DNA from: Sandarakinorhabdus sp.
GTDB taxonomy: Bacteria > Pseudomonadota > Alphaproteobacteria > Sphingomonadales > Sphingomonadaceae
DNA: 46,496 nucleotides
Assembly: GCF_041689835.1 (NCBI RefSeq)
Contig: NZ_JBDNFM010000103.1
Coordinates: 1-46,496, forward strand
Direction of reading: 5' to 3'
This document shows positions 46,025 to 46,496 of the stretch, in pieces; within the stretch, counting starts at the first letter, position 1, and each line of letters starts with the position of its first letter. The notes under the pieces are model-generated. The model did not search any database. It was not told where the DNA came from and saw nothing but the letters and a program-made list of their open reading frames with translations. The position numbers and the translations under genes were made by a program.

Positions 46025-46496
46025 AGGTTGGCCAAAATCGCGTCGCCCATGGCCGTGGTGGTCATGGTGCCGCCCAGATCCGGCGTGCGCGCACCCGCAT
46101 TCAGCGCGGCTTCCACGGCGGCTTCCACCTTTTGGGCCAGTTTCGGCGCATCCAGGCTGAAGCGCAGCGCCATGGCCAGGCTGAGCACCGCTGCGCACGG
46201 ATTGGCAACACCGCGGCCGGCAATGTCGGGGGCGGAACCGTGGATGGGTTCGTACAGGCCGGGCATGCCGGCATCGCCGATGGCCGCCGACGGCAACATC
46301 CCCAGCGAGCCGGTGAGCATGGCGGCTTCATCCGACAGGATATCGCCGAACAGATTGTCGGTGAGGATCACGTCGAATTGCTTGGGATATTTCACCAGCT
46401 GCATCGCCATGTTGTCGGCCAGCATGTGTGACAGCGTGATATCGGGATATTCGGCATCTCGCAGCGCCTGCACATCCTCGCGCCACATCAGGCCGG
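46021..46496 (-). CDS. leuB: 3-isopropylmalate dehydrogenase (5'-truncated by window edge)
   Basis: '[12 protein letters not shown]', 'GSLGMLPSA', '[14 protein letters not shown]', 'RT.DL'. leuB...asd synteny. Confidence 0.93.
   Translation of the reverse strand, partial: GLMWREDVQALRDAEYPDITLSHMLADNMAMQLVKYPKQFDVILTDNLFGDILSDEAAMLTGSLGMLPSAAIGDAGMPGLYEPIHGSAPDIAGRGVANPCAAVLSLAMALRFSLDAPKLAQKVEAAVEAALNAGARTPDLGGTMTTTAMGDAILANL

Overview
GC-rich alphaproteobacterial chromosome segment. Gene content and synteny (lnt-metK, serS-surE-LysM/M23-rimO, lgt-MidA-pgeF, leuB-asd, double-CSD cold-shock protein) suggest Sphingomonadales; this is an inference, not a database result. About 46 credible CDSs and one tRNA-Thr(GGT) tile the window. 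Most of the many other long ORFs in the six-frame track are antisense or off-frame shadows. I see no integrase, transposase, phage gene, CRISPR array or defence system, so this is mostly core or near-core genome. Best candidates for undescribed biology: (1) a TmpB/PhnZ-like HD-domain putative diiron oxygenase coupled to an acyl-CoA ligase and a heteromeric acyl-CoA dehydrogenase pair, with no Fe/2OG partner; (2) a coupled unit of betaine/ergothioneine-type ABC importer, outer-membrane channel and exported DUF885-like protein with a non-canonical metal motif; (3) a DAACS transporter between leuB and asd whose NMDGT motif is replaced by FRITS; (4) a six-copy 13-bp array abutting the tRNA CCA end that is complementary to the tRNA's own leader; (5) a ~65-aa insertion in Lnt. 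Family calls come from motif recognition by eye and need HMM confirmation.
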